The notes beneath the pieces were generated by a model. That model searched no databases and was not told the origin of the DNA. It saw nothing but the letters and a program-made list of their open reading frames with translations. From the NCBI GenBank assembly GCA_048128005.1, contig JBEUKZ010000016.1, positions 558,001 to 622,000 on the forward strand: a DNA stretch of 64,000 bases, written 5' to 3'. The DNA comes from Veleropilina oligotropha. Its lineage: Eukaryota. Below, piece by piece: positions 47,226-58,994 of this stretch; position 1 is the first letter of the stretch, and every line of letters begins with the position of its first letter. Both the position numbers and the translations under genes were made by a program.

Positions 47226-47654
47226 ATGAAATCCATGAAATCTATGCTACTGTGCATTGTCGCGGTGTGCTGGCTAGGGGGTGTCTCTACCCAGGCGTCG
47301 AGACACGACACTGCATTAATTCTGGAACATACGTGGGCTAGGTACCGAAATCATCCCAGGTATAACGCCCGATTTGACCCCTTGCATAGAAACTTGCTTC
47401 TTCGCCCGGGACACCCCACCCCTGATGTCTCCCCACCGTCATGTCACTATTTTATTATCGGAGAAAATGACTGTAGCCCTGCCACACCCCCAGATACTGT
47501 CACATGTGTCCAGTGTTCGACCCCCTCCTTATGTCCTGGCAAGAATGGGGAGTATTATACCATGCTGTCTGGCTGCTTCGGTGTGTGGAGAAAGATCGGG
47601 CACATCTCGCCCTGTAATTGCACTTTAATATCGGGCAACTATATATTCATATAA
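47226..47654 (+). CDS. Secreted 8-Cys protein, possible cystine-knot cytokine-like
   Basis: Signal peptide, 8 Cys in the mature part ending in CxC; near-identical homolog 56773-57195. Confidence 0.7.
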   Translation: MKSMKSMLLCIVAVCWLGGVSTQASRHDTALILEHTWARYRNHPRYNARFDPLHRNLLLRPGHPTPDVSPPSCHYFIIGENDCSPATPPDTVTCVQCSTPSLCPGKNGEYYTMLSGCFGVWRKIGHISPCNCTLISGNYIFI

Positions 47655-48240
47655 AACAGCTGCTTGGGAAATCTCTTGCCTTGCCTTACACTATTTTCAG
47701 GTCACAGCTGTTTATATAAATATTTTTCAGGTCGACGAGAGCGACCTTTGTCCGATTTATGAATGAAATACCTCGCATCAATAAGTTATTGTTTGCGTGG
47801 AATGCCTAGTCGAACCTGGTCACGTGTAGTATTAATACAGCCTGCCGGCTGTCCATTGTTGACTATCCAGTACAGCCTCAATTACTTGAAACCATGAAAC
47901 AATAGACGCCTAATGGATTTCTCAGTGGGTAAGAATATAAACGCTTGGCCTATCAAGCCATGTCTTTATAAATATCTGGTCGCGCCTACCGTTCCATTGT
48001 TCTCTCGCTGCTATCACAAGCTGGCTGACCTAGATTTTGTCTAACGCATTTCTCGTAGCAAAGAAGTCGCAAGCTGTCGTATACGTATTTAGCTGTTGGT
48101 GACCCAGAAAAAAAACATTTTGGCACAGTTAGAAAATCTTGGTCCCCAAGATTCCGTTTAGCACAGAAAGAAGATTTCGGTCCCCTTGTTTACATGGTGG
48201 ACAGTAATCCTGTGGACTCATCGTCACGTGGCAATGAGTT

Positions 48241-48400
48241 TCTAGAAAGATCAGAAATCGTCAACAAGTTATATATGGGAATGTGTACGTGGAAAGCTTC
48301 TAGAAAGAACAGAGATCGTCAGAAGTTATATATGGGAATGTGTACGTGGAAAGCTTCTAGAAAGAACAGAGATCGTCAGAAGTTATATATGGGAATGTGG
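48241..48400 (+). repeat. ~59-bp tandem repeat, about 2.7 copies, upstream of a TATA box (tatataag ~48442)
   Basis: tctagaaagaacagagatcgtcagaagttatatatgggaatgtgtacgtggaaagct. Confidence 0.85.
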
Positions 48401-48478
48401 CAATAAACTGATCTAGAAGGCCGTAGAACGCACAGAGAAACTATATAAGCTCCCCATAACGTATCGAGTCACATACAA

Positions 48479-48766
48479 ATGGATAGCATTACAAGAAAAC
48501 TACCTAATTTGACAATGGACCGAGAACGTGGTTTTGTCGAGAACTTTCTGTATGAAGAAGCCGCCGATACTCGTGTATCGAAAAATGCGACAAGACTGGA
48601 ACTGACCCGAACAAAAAACCGTAGTGACAACATATACCAAAACATGAAAAAAACCAAGTGGAGAATGAAAAAGATGCTTGAAAAACTCCGTGAGCTTGAA
48701 ATTGCCCATGATGCAGCAGCCGCAGATGTACGCAGGCTGCAAAACCTACTGAAGGACGACGAATAG
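48479..48766 (+). CDS. Small coiled-coil protein
   Basis: TATA upstream; diverged homolog 55980-56270. Confidence 0.65.
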   Translation: MDSITRKLPNLTMDRERGFVENFLYEEAADTRVSKNATRLELTRTKNRSDNIYQNMKKTKWRMKKMLEKLRELEIAHDAAAADVRRLQNLLKDDE

Positions 48767-51059
48767 GCAAACGTAACAACAGAACTAGGCACCCGACACA
48801 CCACCATAACTTGGTCAGTCGGGGCCATCAGTATCTGGTAGATACTCTGACGAGGCCTCACAGGCCGAAATGGCTGATGACCAAGATATTGGCTTGAAAA
48901 AATCTGTTTTGACGACTTGGCTGCAGGTGCATAGATTTGAACTGGCTATAGCCAAAAACCGCAGGGACACTAAGTACCAAAACATGATAAAAACTAAAGA
49001 GGATCCGAACTATCCACAGGTAAGCGTTTTAATTTAAATGACACCTGCTGCTACTCTAGTGCACGCTATTGTGCGAGCCTAGCCGCTCGCTTTTGTATTC
49101 ATGGAGTTATTGCTATTCATTGACTCGATGAGCTATTGCCGTCCATTCATAACCGCATAAGTCGTCCTATATTTTCCTGTTGTCATGCCGTTGTTATGCT
49201 ACTATGCCCTAGTCTAAACTCCCCTGCTGACTAGTCCGAGCTACACTGAGTTCTGAAATAGTGCTGGGAGCCGTATGTTCCCATTCTAAAAAATACACTC
49301 ACCCCCCCTGCTGCTGGGTTGAGATCCATATTAATTCTGAAAAGGTGCTGGGAGCCTTAATTTCCCTCGCCGCGCCCCCACATAAAAGGTATGGTCACCC
49401 CCCCTGCGCTGCCTCCGCAAAGCAACGACGGTCATCTATCCATTTAAATATGTCCATGTACCCTATCATATTATTACGCTATAATAAGGTATATAATTAT
49501 ATTATCGTCAATGTGGCAGTGTAGGGCCTACTAATATTTGATCTTTATATATTGTCATTTTAACGTCGGCATGGTATAAAAATATAAAATGACATTAGAT
49601 CAGTGATATTAGATCAGTGATATTTATGATAGTCTTGTTTCACGTTTTTCGAGCTCACTGGCCTTGAAATCCACTTTCGCAAAGTGAACGTGTACCTAGG
49701 TTTGTGGATAATATGCAATGAAAATACGCGCAAAATATAGCAGACGATAGGATGTACTTGCGTGTTGCACATGCGCTGTTAATACTTGATAGTAGACAGT
49801 ACACATTAAACAGTGCACTGTCGTCTATAGAATTCCATAATTTTGTCCTGAATATTATATTGCGTATAAACTACATGTTAATGAAAATCCAGAACTAATA
49901 ACTTAGAACTTATTAATGAAGTACAACGTTGAACGCATGAATCATGATGTATCGTTTCGTGGTCTGACTGTCGTTGCACCTCTTACAGTTTCTGCACCGA
50001 ATCTGAAGAAACGCAAGAGTTGAAACAATCCCTTTATATTATCTGACAACCAAACTCTATAATACACAAACACACAAAATACTCCCAAATACTTACCACT
50101 GATAAGAGAGAAAGTGCAAACAGCAATGACGTCTTCCGATACGAAATTGAATTGTACGAGAAAGCACCGTTTTGAAAAATATAAAATGTCCACCGAAAAC
50201 GACAAGCCGATTGGTTGTTGGGTCTGTGGCGCGAGAATCTAAACAAGGGTTTAACACCACATGTGTTAACGTGAAAGTTACGGTAATTAACATTGGTGTT
50301 AATTGGTACTAAATACGCGTGAAAAAGAGTGTTTTGCATGCACGACATATTACGGACGTATGTTTGTTATTAAACATATTTTCTTAAAAATGAAACAGAT
50401 TATGTTGTTTTAGTGATCGAACGGGAGGGATAAAGGGGTGGGGGTAGTAGACTAGTAGTACCGTACTGTCAGGCTTTTTTTATGACAATTAAAATGAACT
50501 TGCCACTGATGTGGTGCGTATCATGCTCGCACTTGCACGTGAACTAAGTTAAACATCTCTTACTCTATATTTTCATATAAATCGAAATATTTTCAATTGT
50601 ACATATTATGAAATTATTTATAAAATTATAGCCTACATTTTCTTTCTGAATTTTTTTTGTCCTTACATTGAAATTTGAACAGACTCGTATGTTACCTGGT
50701 GACATATTTGTTAATTCTTCCATGGGCATAGTTGTTGAAATATATTGCTTCTTTATATCATATAATTGTACTAAGCGTTTACAAACAGATATCATTAGTC
50801 ATCAATGAAATATTCGTGAATATGTGAAATATTGCTGATACGGCGTAAAGCAACAAATAACTCATTGTAAGTTCTATTTAAAAATGAAACTGGTAGATCA
50901 GAAATGATGAAAATAAAGAACAAGGGGTGTTCAATTACGTCTCCCGTTTATATATGAAGATATTATATGCATTATATGCTAAATCAGTAAATAGTTATAT
51001 ACAAGCAAACAACCTTAAAGAAATTCTATATGAAGATATCTGTAGCATGTGAATTAACT

Positions 51060-51182
51060 GCAATGTTAATGCAGTTTAACACACTAATGTTAAACCCAGA
51101 ACACAAAGTGTTTCTGTTTTAACGGACGCGTTGGTGGTTTAACGCATTAACGTGTTAAATCACAACGCTATTTTTTACAGTG
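51060..51182 (-). mobile_element. CACTA-type terminus (CACTGTAAAAAA on the minus strand) with ttaac subterminal repeats
   Basis: ttttttacagtg at 51171-51182; repeated gttaa/ttaac motifs inside. Confidence 0.5.
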
Positions 51183-54100
51183 TGTGTATGCTATATATAT
51201 CGGGTTGCGTGTTAATAAACTTATGCCGTACCGTGCGCTGATCACATCACCAAGGTTAAACATCTTTATCGAATGAACAATCGCCGTTTCACAGGTGTGT
51301 AAATCTCGCACCGTTTACGTCAACGGTCGTTGATTTACTACGGAAGCACAGACTTGAATGCGGGAGAGATGGTTTACGAGTTTGGCCACCTCACTTTTTA
51401 TAGCAGTTCGTATATATATATATATATATATATATTGTTTTTAAATTTGACGATATTATTAGAAACTAGTTGTAATGTATATTTGTGGAATTCATTGAGA
51501 AATTGCGCTTATTTTCATACAAATATTTGTTGTCCAAAAATATTAACGCGAACTCTCCTTGAAACGTGTTTGCAGATGGCGGGCCTTATGGCGTTCGGTT
51601 TTACGATCACGGCAAGTGACAATAATAGTAATAAATGTAGGAAACAATATTTTGTTCAGTAGTTTTATTTTAGTAACGGGTATAATATGCTATTTACATG
51701 ACAATCAAATATTTTGACCGGCAGTATGTTCATATCCATTGTGGCGGACCGAGCGGCGTCCCCCGAACCAACCAAACTGCTGACACTAAACAGTCGATGA
51801 ACTCCACCAACACTGTGGCGGACCGAACGGTGAAACACAAACAAGTGACAAGGGTTGCCACTAACTTTCGCAAATCGAGCGGTCAACCAACAAACCAACG
51901 GACCACCGTAGCCTCAAACAGCACCATATAGTCAAGTCAAACTCAACCCACACGTGATTACGCTATCACGCGCACATTGTAGTCTCCCGTGATCGACAAC
52001 TCGACAGATCGAACAGTAGCGGGCCTCAATTGTCGATCACGTAGACCACGTCAAGGCAAACTGGTTTCACCAGAGTCACATAGCACCAACCGATGGCACG
52101 TCCCTTCGAATAGCGATAGTAAACGTTTACACAATGACCTGGAAAGAGGAGCCGATGCATCATAGAACATTTATATATTTAACTGCCACCACCATAATGC
52201 ATAAACACGCTCAGTCCAGATCAAACATGAAAACGACGCGACGCAGGTCCCTACGAAAATATATCGCGAGTTTAAAACGGCCGTCTCAACCGTGACAGAC
52301 AATACCAGAGAAAAACTCAACCCAATTATAAAGGAAATCGTGTAGTGAGTTGTTCTCTGTTCGAATGAAAACAACATGTAATAAAAACTAATATATTTAT
52401 TTATTAACCATTCCTATAATAAGACATAAGACACTATCCTACAGCTATACATCGATATGCGTTACTGGCTATTTCTTGATTGTTCATACACAATAAAAGC
52501 GGATTTAATAAAAGTGAAACCGACATGGTAAAGTTTGGTAAACGCTTTGTGACCTGAAATCGATTAGCGAGTAAACTTCAGAATAATCCTACTAAATAAC
52601 ACGGGGAGAAAAATGTAGTTATTACTCGATATCCAATAATTAAACAAATACGACTCTGGCATAAAGGTGAGGTTATATCTCCACAACAGTCGGCAGTATA
52701 TAAATGCCGTAAAATCTTGCATCATATTCTTCCAACACGACAACAAGTACCTGTAGCAAAACTACCCGTCAGCGGATTCACTACAAGATACCACCGTTGT
52801 CCAACAACGACCGTTCTACTTCCGGTCCTATAGGTTGTTAGAACCAACCCAAAAAGGGAAAAGCTGATATTGCATTTCACGCGTATTTAGCATCGAAATG
52901 GTACAGCGACTCCTCAGAATATAGCGTTCATGTCCTCACACGCACCGTGATCAAAAGATCCTTTAAAATATAACCAGAGCCGTCATATCATAAATATTAA
53001 ATAATACATCCCCGCGTGATGAATACAAACAGAAATGAGCAAAACGCACTCATGAATTAACTCTATCGTTTACGATTAAATTAACTCATCGCAAGAAAGT
53101 AAATAGCGTTACCAATAAAACTGAACAAGTTATCTCGCTAAACGAAAATGTTATCACAAGGCGTTAAAGATACAGCATCAGTGAACCATTTCAATAAGGT
53201 ACAACATTAACAGAATTTATATTAACATAATTTATCGCGAATGCACAGGAAATACAGTCTTCTCGCAGAGATCAAACTTCAACCTTGAACGAGTACGATG
53301 AGAGCACTTCATCAATGTTCTTAATATCTGATAGTAGCACTTCCCGACCAACACGAAGCCTCGTTCCGCATAAGGTCCTCGCGGAGGTTCCGTAACTGTC
53401 CCAGGATAATTTACAGCACGAAACAAGAGACTATATAATATTATATTTCTAAACGACATTTTAAACTAATGCTAGCGATTAAATACAATGTTAGCTGTTA
53501 AATTCAAGAGAATGTTAGTAATTAAGGTCACGTTTATAAAGATTCGTTTGCCAACTAGTGAAAAGTTAACTTACATGATCGAAATACACGGCGGATAGTA
53601 ACAGAAATACAACAAAAGACGTTACATCGGATTCACTCAACTTACATGGCCAACGAACATACGACGAGACAATACGCCCTCCCTTGCGAGGTGTCGAGCC
53701 ACAAGGAAAGAGAGAGATTTCACTCCCAGCATAGTGTTTTATAGAGAATAGTTTTGCATAACAAAAGGCAAACGTTATTTGCGGAACCGCACGATTTGAA
53801 CGTTTAACATCAGGTGACTACAATGTCAATTTCATGTAACCGATTCACAAATCACAACAGTGTACGGAAGGCGCTTAAGGCCATATAAATACATACACAT
53901 ATACTAAAGTGTCGAAACAAAATCGCGACACCATGGACGGCAGTGTCAAATTTGAATTTCAAACCCTGATATTAGAAGCAGGGCGCGGATCATGCACCAA
54001 GGCAAGGAAATTGCAATAATTTCATACCGATCGATCAAGGATGTAAACACAGACCGATGCCGATTTACCCACGTGTGCTCCACGTATAAGGGGATCACCA

Positions 54101-54289
54101 AAGTGTTAAATGCTTCGACACGCGATGCCCATTTACTCATGCGTGTACCACGTATAAGGGATCACCCAAGTGTTAAATGCTTCGACACGGTTGCTAGAAA
54201 AAACCAACCACGTTGACTACGGTCTCGCCATGTGAAAGTTTATTGAACTAGCGAAATATCCAGATAAACAGTTTGTTAAGTATCTTGTG

Positions 54290-54530
54290 AAGGTAACACG
54301 CTACAGCACACAGTAAGGATACAAGCCACAGCACAGTAAGCAACGCCACAACACACATGAAGGCAACACGCTACAGTACACAGCCACGCCACAGCACACA
54401 TCAAGGCAACACGCCACAGCACACAGCATGGCATCACGCCACTGCACACAGCAAGGTCACACGCCACAGCACACATCAAGGCCACACCCTACAGCACACA
54501 GCAAGGCAACACGCCAAAGCACACAGCATT
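54290..54530. repeat. Low-complexity cacagcacac/aaggcaacacg minisatellite
   Basis: Directly visible. Confidence 0.75.
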
Positions 54531-54699
54531 ACTAGCCAACTGAGTTATCCGTGTCGTAAGTCAGTATCTATAGAAGCTATTACACAAATACAGATGCTGT
54601 CGCAGTGTGCACATCCGACATCCAAGTCGCGTTCAAACAAATACTATTCACCTTTCGCCATGTCCACGGCATTAAGTGGGACGGCTTTTATTATTCTTT

Positions 54700-55405
54700 A
54701 CTAGACTCTTGTTTGGGTCCCGGTCAAGCCCAACATTTTCGACCACCCGTCACAAGCAGTAGGCTCAACAATGGAGGCATACCAGACGGGCCTCAACTGT
54801 TTTCTACTTTTTATTCGTCTCAGCAATGTTCCATCTTTCACTGGACTTCCGAGTTGTCTGATGACGTCTGAATTCATTTGTTACACATTGTCACAGTGCC
54901 TTACGCATACATTTTTTCCACCATCAAAAACTAATTGTGTGGCATAAGTTTTGCCTATCTGAAGGCGATGATAGACAGCCCCGGCTGCCCCTTATCCGGT
55001 CACTATGGACGCAACTTCCACGACTTACCACCATATGTCGGTCGATCAGGAAGCATCAACCACAACCAAAGAAACATGCTTAACCATTTCGGGTCACATA
55101 GTATTACAACTGCCACATCTTCTGAAATCTGGCGTGCTCTCGCCTTTCACATCACATACGCTAGAAGCAGTCTTTCTAGTTGCGTTCTATGGATTCCTAC
55201 GGCGCGGGGAATTCACAGTCAAGCAGAGTTTCGATCCAGAAATCAACCTTTACATTGCGGATGCCTCCTTCAACGATCAGATATCAGCTAATATGCGTTT
55301 AAAGTCGTCAAAATAGACCCATTCCGAAAGGAGTGTCTGTGACCCTATATAGTAGCGCCACAATGTGCCCGGTCCTCTCTTTGAAAAGATAAATGTGATC
55401 TCGGA
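54700..55405 (+). pseudogene. DIRS/Ngaro-like tyrosine recombinase remnant, interrupted by copy B
   Basis: AVFLVAFYGFLRRGEFT and LKSSK(stop)DPFRKG tyrosine-recombinase motifs with stops and frameshifts. Confidence 0.75.
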
Positions 55406-55979
55406 CCAGGAGCAGCAGGGGGGGTCAGTAGACTTTTTAGAATGGGAAAATACGGCTCCCAGCACTATTTCAGAACCGAGGTGGTGTAGTACGAGCCCCT
55501 AAGGTAGTTTAGACTAGGGCCCCGGGGCGACCGTGGGGGCTCCCAGCACCTGTTCAGAACCCAGGGTATATCGTGTATTACAAAAAGTCACCGTGTGTAC
55601 AGAGCCCGTAGGGACGGCCCGTTACCCTCGCCGGCCCGGGGGGTTAAATTAAAACACCTACCTATGGCCATTTCGGCCTATAAGGCCTCATCAGAATACC
55701 TGGTAGGCATTAATGGCTTTCGACCTTGTCGGTCGGGTGCCTAGACGTGATCGTTCGCCGTATAACAGGAAAAAAAGTAGCTAATTCACCGTCATGAGAC
55801 TGGAGGAGACGAGCTTCTGTCCGGGTGGAACGACGAGGTCTTTGAGACGCTGTATTTTGTCTTCCCCTCAAGCGGACCGATGATGTCTGTAATGTATCGG
55901 GCGGCGTTGTATGTTATGCTCCCGCAGCTGGACACTATAGGCCTGAGAGGTGCATATTAACAGCCGAAAATGAATATCA

Positions 55980-56270
55980 CTAATCCCCCTCCAGAAGGAC
56001 TTGTAATCTACGGATATCATCTTTGGAGGCCTCATAGGAAGCTTCTTGTTCTCGTAGTCTCTCCATCATCTTCGTTATCCTCTCTTCAGTTTTTACCATA
56101 TTTTGGTGCGCAGTGTCCCTGCGATTTTTGGCTCTAGCCAGTTCGAGTCTCGTGGATTTTTTAGATACCCCACGAGACTCGGTTGCTTGTTTATCGAGAA
56201 ATGACTCAACAAAAGTACGCTTTCGTGACATCCCCAAACCAGACATTGCTGTTGATAGTTTATCCATCAA
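55980..56270 (-). CDS. Small coiled-coil protein (copy B)
   Basis: Homolog of 48479-48766; TATA at ~56297-56304 on the minus strand. Confidence 0.65.
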   Translation of the reverse strand: MMDKLSTAMSGLGMSRKRTFVESFLDKQATESRGVSKKSTRLELARAKNRRDTAHQNMVKTEERITKMMERLREQEASYEASKDDIRRLQVLLEGD

Positions 56271-56306
56271 TGTCGTTGTGTGCTCTCATGTTGTCCTTAT
56301 ATAACC

Positions 56307-56402
56307 TTTTATTGCTGACTCATTGTGACATGTAGAATTTGTATTGCCAACTCATTGTCACGTGTAGACTTTATATTGCTGACTCATTATGACATGTAGA
56401 AT
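56307..56402. promoter_or_regulatory. 3x ~32-bp repeat containing TGACTCA (AP-1-like) sites
   Basis: tattgctgactcattgtgacatgtaga x3, two of them with a perfect TGACTCA, immediately upstream of the TATA box. Confidence 0.5.
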
Positions 56403-56772
56403 TTCCATTTAGAGAATAAACTGTCCGCTTGTTTACATCTGGACCAAAACATTTTAACTGGAGCGATGACCCGTTTCTGGACAAAATATTTATTTCTGGA
56501 GCAAAGATTTGTCTTTGGGTCAATCTTTTTTTTTTCTGGGTCAGCGACAGCAGTAGACGGCTGAACGGGCTAAGAATAAACGCAACCCGGAAGCAAAATT
56601 AAACAATAGCATTGATCGCGAGCGAGGCATTCAACGCGAACAATATCCAGTGACGCACGCTTTTAACGACTGGTGTCATTCATGAATGAAACGACAGTAG
56701 ACGGCCTAATGGGCATTAATATAACACTAGCCTGAAAAATATTGTAAGGCAAGAGAATTCCCAAACAGCTGT

Positions 56773-57195
56773 TTATATAAATATATAGTTGCCCGATGTT
56801 AAAGTACAATTACAGGGTGAGTGATGTCCGATTTTTCTCCACACACCGAAGCAGCCAGACAGCATGGTGTAATACTCCCCATTTTTGCCAGGACATAGGG
56901 AGGGGGTCGAACACTGGACACATGTGACAGTATCTGGGGGTGTGGCAGGGCTACAGTCATTCTCTCCGATAATAAAGTAGTGGCACGAGGGTGGGGAGAC
57001 ATCAGGGGTGGGGTCTCCCGGGCGTAGTAGCAGGTTTCTTCGCAAGGGGTCAAATCGGGCATTATACCTGGGATGATTTCGGTACCTAGCCCACGTATGT
57101 TCCAGAATTAATGCAGTGTCGTGTCTCGACGCCTGGGTAGAGACACCCCCTAGCCAGCACACCGCGGCAATGCACAGAAGTAACATGGATTTCAT
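56773..57195 (-). CDS. Secreted 8-Cys protein (copy B)
   Basis: Homolog of 47226-47654. Confidence 0.7.
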   Translation of the reverse strand: MKSMLLLCIAAVCWLGGVSTQASRHDTALILEHTWARYRNHPRYNARFDPLRRNLLLRPGDPTPDVSPPSCHYFIIGENDCSPATPPDTVTCVQCSTPSLCPGKNGEYYTMLSGCFGVWRKIGHHSPCNCTLTSGNYIFI

Positions 57196-57280
57196 GGTTG
57201 TCCAGATATCACTGTCGATTTCTAGCTTTAATACGGGGGAGGGGGAGGGGGGTAGTCGTGGCTACGCTCAACCTGGATAG

Positions 57281-57916
57281 TTAGTCGCCAGCTCCGATTT
57301 TTTTCAGCAGCTCTGCGCGACCCTCTAAACGACCACGCTCAATAAGCTCGCTCTGGGTCTGTGAAATCGCGGTGTGCGCCTTCCTACTCTTATCCCGAAT
57401 TGATGCCTTCATGGCTTGGTATTTCTCCATCTCCCCTGTGACCAGTTGGAATTCATCATCAGACATCACCCCGTCCGCTAAGGCCTTTGAGACGTGGTCG
57501 GTTATGGTATTCAGCTTGCTGTCGGCCAGGACTCGAATTTCGTCGTGTTTCTTAGCCTTAACCTGGAGGCGTCGGCTGATATATTTTCCACCCATACTGG
57601 CGAGCCCACACCCCAACGCCGCTAATTCCAGCACTAGGACAACAGGTGCGGCAACGATCGTGGACAGTAGACCAATGCCGGCGCTACCCATACCAAGGGT
57701 CGCGACGACTAGCCCGTTATCTATCCCGTCAACGACGTTAACACCTCGGCGGTATTTTTTATATAGTGCAGCTCTTGTGTCTCTCTCTCGTTCTAACTGT
57801 CCCTGAAGCTCATTCACTTTTTGCAGTCGGAAAGACTGTGCCTCCGGAACTTCCGAAAGCACATCGCCATCAAGCTGTGGGTACAGCGTTGGCGCTGATG
57901 GCTTGCTGTCCATCAC
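57281..57916 (-). CDS. PSAP/LYPQL membrane protein (copy B)
   Basis: KPSAPTLYPQL; homolog of 46511-47143. Confidence 0.8.
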   Translation of the reverse strand: MMDSKPSAPTLYPQLDGDVLSEVPEAQSFRLQKVNELQGQLERERDTRAALYKKYRRGVNVVDGIDNGLVVATLGMGSAGIGLLSTIVAAPVVLVLELAALGCGLASMGGKYISRRLQVKAKKHDEIRVLADSKLNTITDHVSKALADGVMSDDEFQLVTGEMEKYQAMKASIRDKSRKAHTAISQTQSELIERGRLEGRAELLKKIGAGD

Positions 57917-58287
57917 AATACTACGTGGCTGTATTGTTCAGCCTGTTGATTCCCCATGTCTACCGTTACGTTCAAATACATGGTCCCCACCCACGGGGCC
58001 TTGATGATGAAGACGAGGGTCAACCTGTCCGAATTCAGGCCAAGCTTACTTATGGAACATGCTTTGGGGCCCCCGGCGGGCTGGACCGGCGTCAGGTGGA
58101 TCATTAGGAGGGCTGGGTTTAACCCAAACCGACCTCCAGCGTTTGGGATCATGAACTCCCTCTTCGCCAGCCCCTTCTTGGGCGCTTCCCCACAATTAAG
58201 AACGAAGTGCCACCGGGTTGGGGAAGAGGGCTCATCTGCAAGCAGGGGTGGGGGTGGGAGTGGGGTCCCATAGATGCTGGCGCTCAT
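57913..58287 (-). CDS. Hypothetical viral protein (copy B)
   Basis: Homolog of 46139-46510. Confidence 0.7.
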   Translation of the reverse strand: MSASIYGTPLPPPPLLADEPSSPTRWHFVLNCGEAPKKGLAKREFMIPNAGGRFGLNPALLMIHLTPVQPAGGPKACSISKLGLNSDRLTLVFIIKAPWVGTMYLNVTVDMGNQQAEQYSHVVL

Positions 58288-58990
58288 TGTATCGCAAGGA
58301 CTGCGGACATAGGCATACCGTGATTGTTGAGCGGGTTACCATCTGGGTCTGTGACCCACACCTTCAACTCTGTGATTAGTCCAGCCTGCAGTCGCCGGCC
58401 GGCGGGATAGCTATGATAGTGGGCAGCTTCACTGAACATCTGCGACGTTATAGGGACCACCGCGAGAATATTGCTAGGGGCGCCGTCCTTCACATTGTGT
58501 GTTGTACTGAGCTGCTCCAGGTGAACGTGTAGGGTCGCTGCAATGGCAAACCCGACAGGCTTGTTCCCGTCATACGTCCCGGGGCGTAGCCATTGCGGCT
58601 CATCTGCAGGCTTGTTCTTGTCATAAGTCATAAGCAGCCACCACCCTGCAAGGGTGAAGCCGAGGAGCTTCCGTATATCGGCGCTGATCGCGAGTTGAGT
58701 CCCAGAGGGGACCACGAGTCGCGCGAGTCCAGTAGCACGGCTCACATCTAGCTGTATGTTAACTAGCGACCTCTTCATTGTCTTGGCGAGGGAATCGAAG
58801 CTGTAGAAACCCGGTGCCACCTCGACCGTGGTATCCGGGGTCTTAAAGAATGCTCCAGCGTGCACGTTATGCCAGCCGACCCAGTAGTCGAACGAGCGCA
58901 GGACGACGCATAGTTTGCCTTCCCGGTTATCTATCGGTTGCAGGAGGTGAACCGTGGTCTCCTCTTGAACACTCGTTAATGTGTGGACAT
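58284..58990 (-). pseudogene. Minor capsid protein (copy B), 1-nt deletion right after the ATG
   Basis: atgtccacacattaa vs atgttccacacattaaca in copy A; span of 707 nt is not a multiple of 3. Confidence 0.7.
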
Positions 58991-58994
58991 AGCT

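Larger units (their letters stand above)
32876..49410. mobile_element. Full-length endogenous Polinton-like virus, copy A (16.5 kb)
   Basis: TIRs 32876-33082 / 49206-49410 starting AGCAGCAGGGGGGG; 5-bp TSD GCCTC at 32871-32875 and 49411-49415; sharp GC increase; polymerase, integrase, ATPase and capsid genes. Confidence 0.93.
32428..49839. mobile_element. Non-autonomous TIR transposon (TIR about 130 bp) split by the Polinton-like virus insertion
   Basis: tatggaattctatagacgacag...ttttcattgcata (32428-32560) is mirrored at 49712-49839. Confidence 0.75.

Noticed and set aside
32876..49410. Bacterial prophage or contaminant contig
   Set aside because: TIRs, TSD, rve integrase and insertion inside a eukaryotic transposon show chromosomal integration in the animal genome
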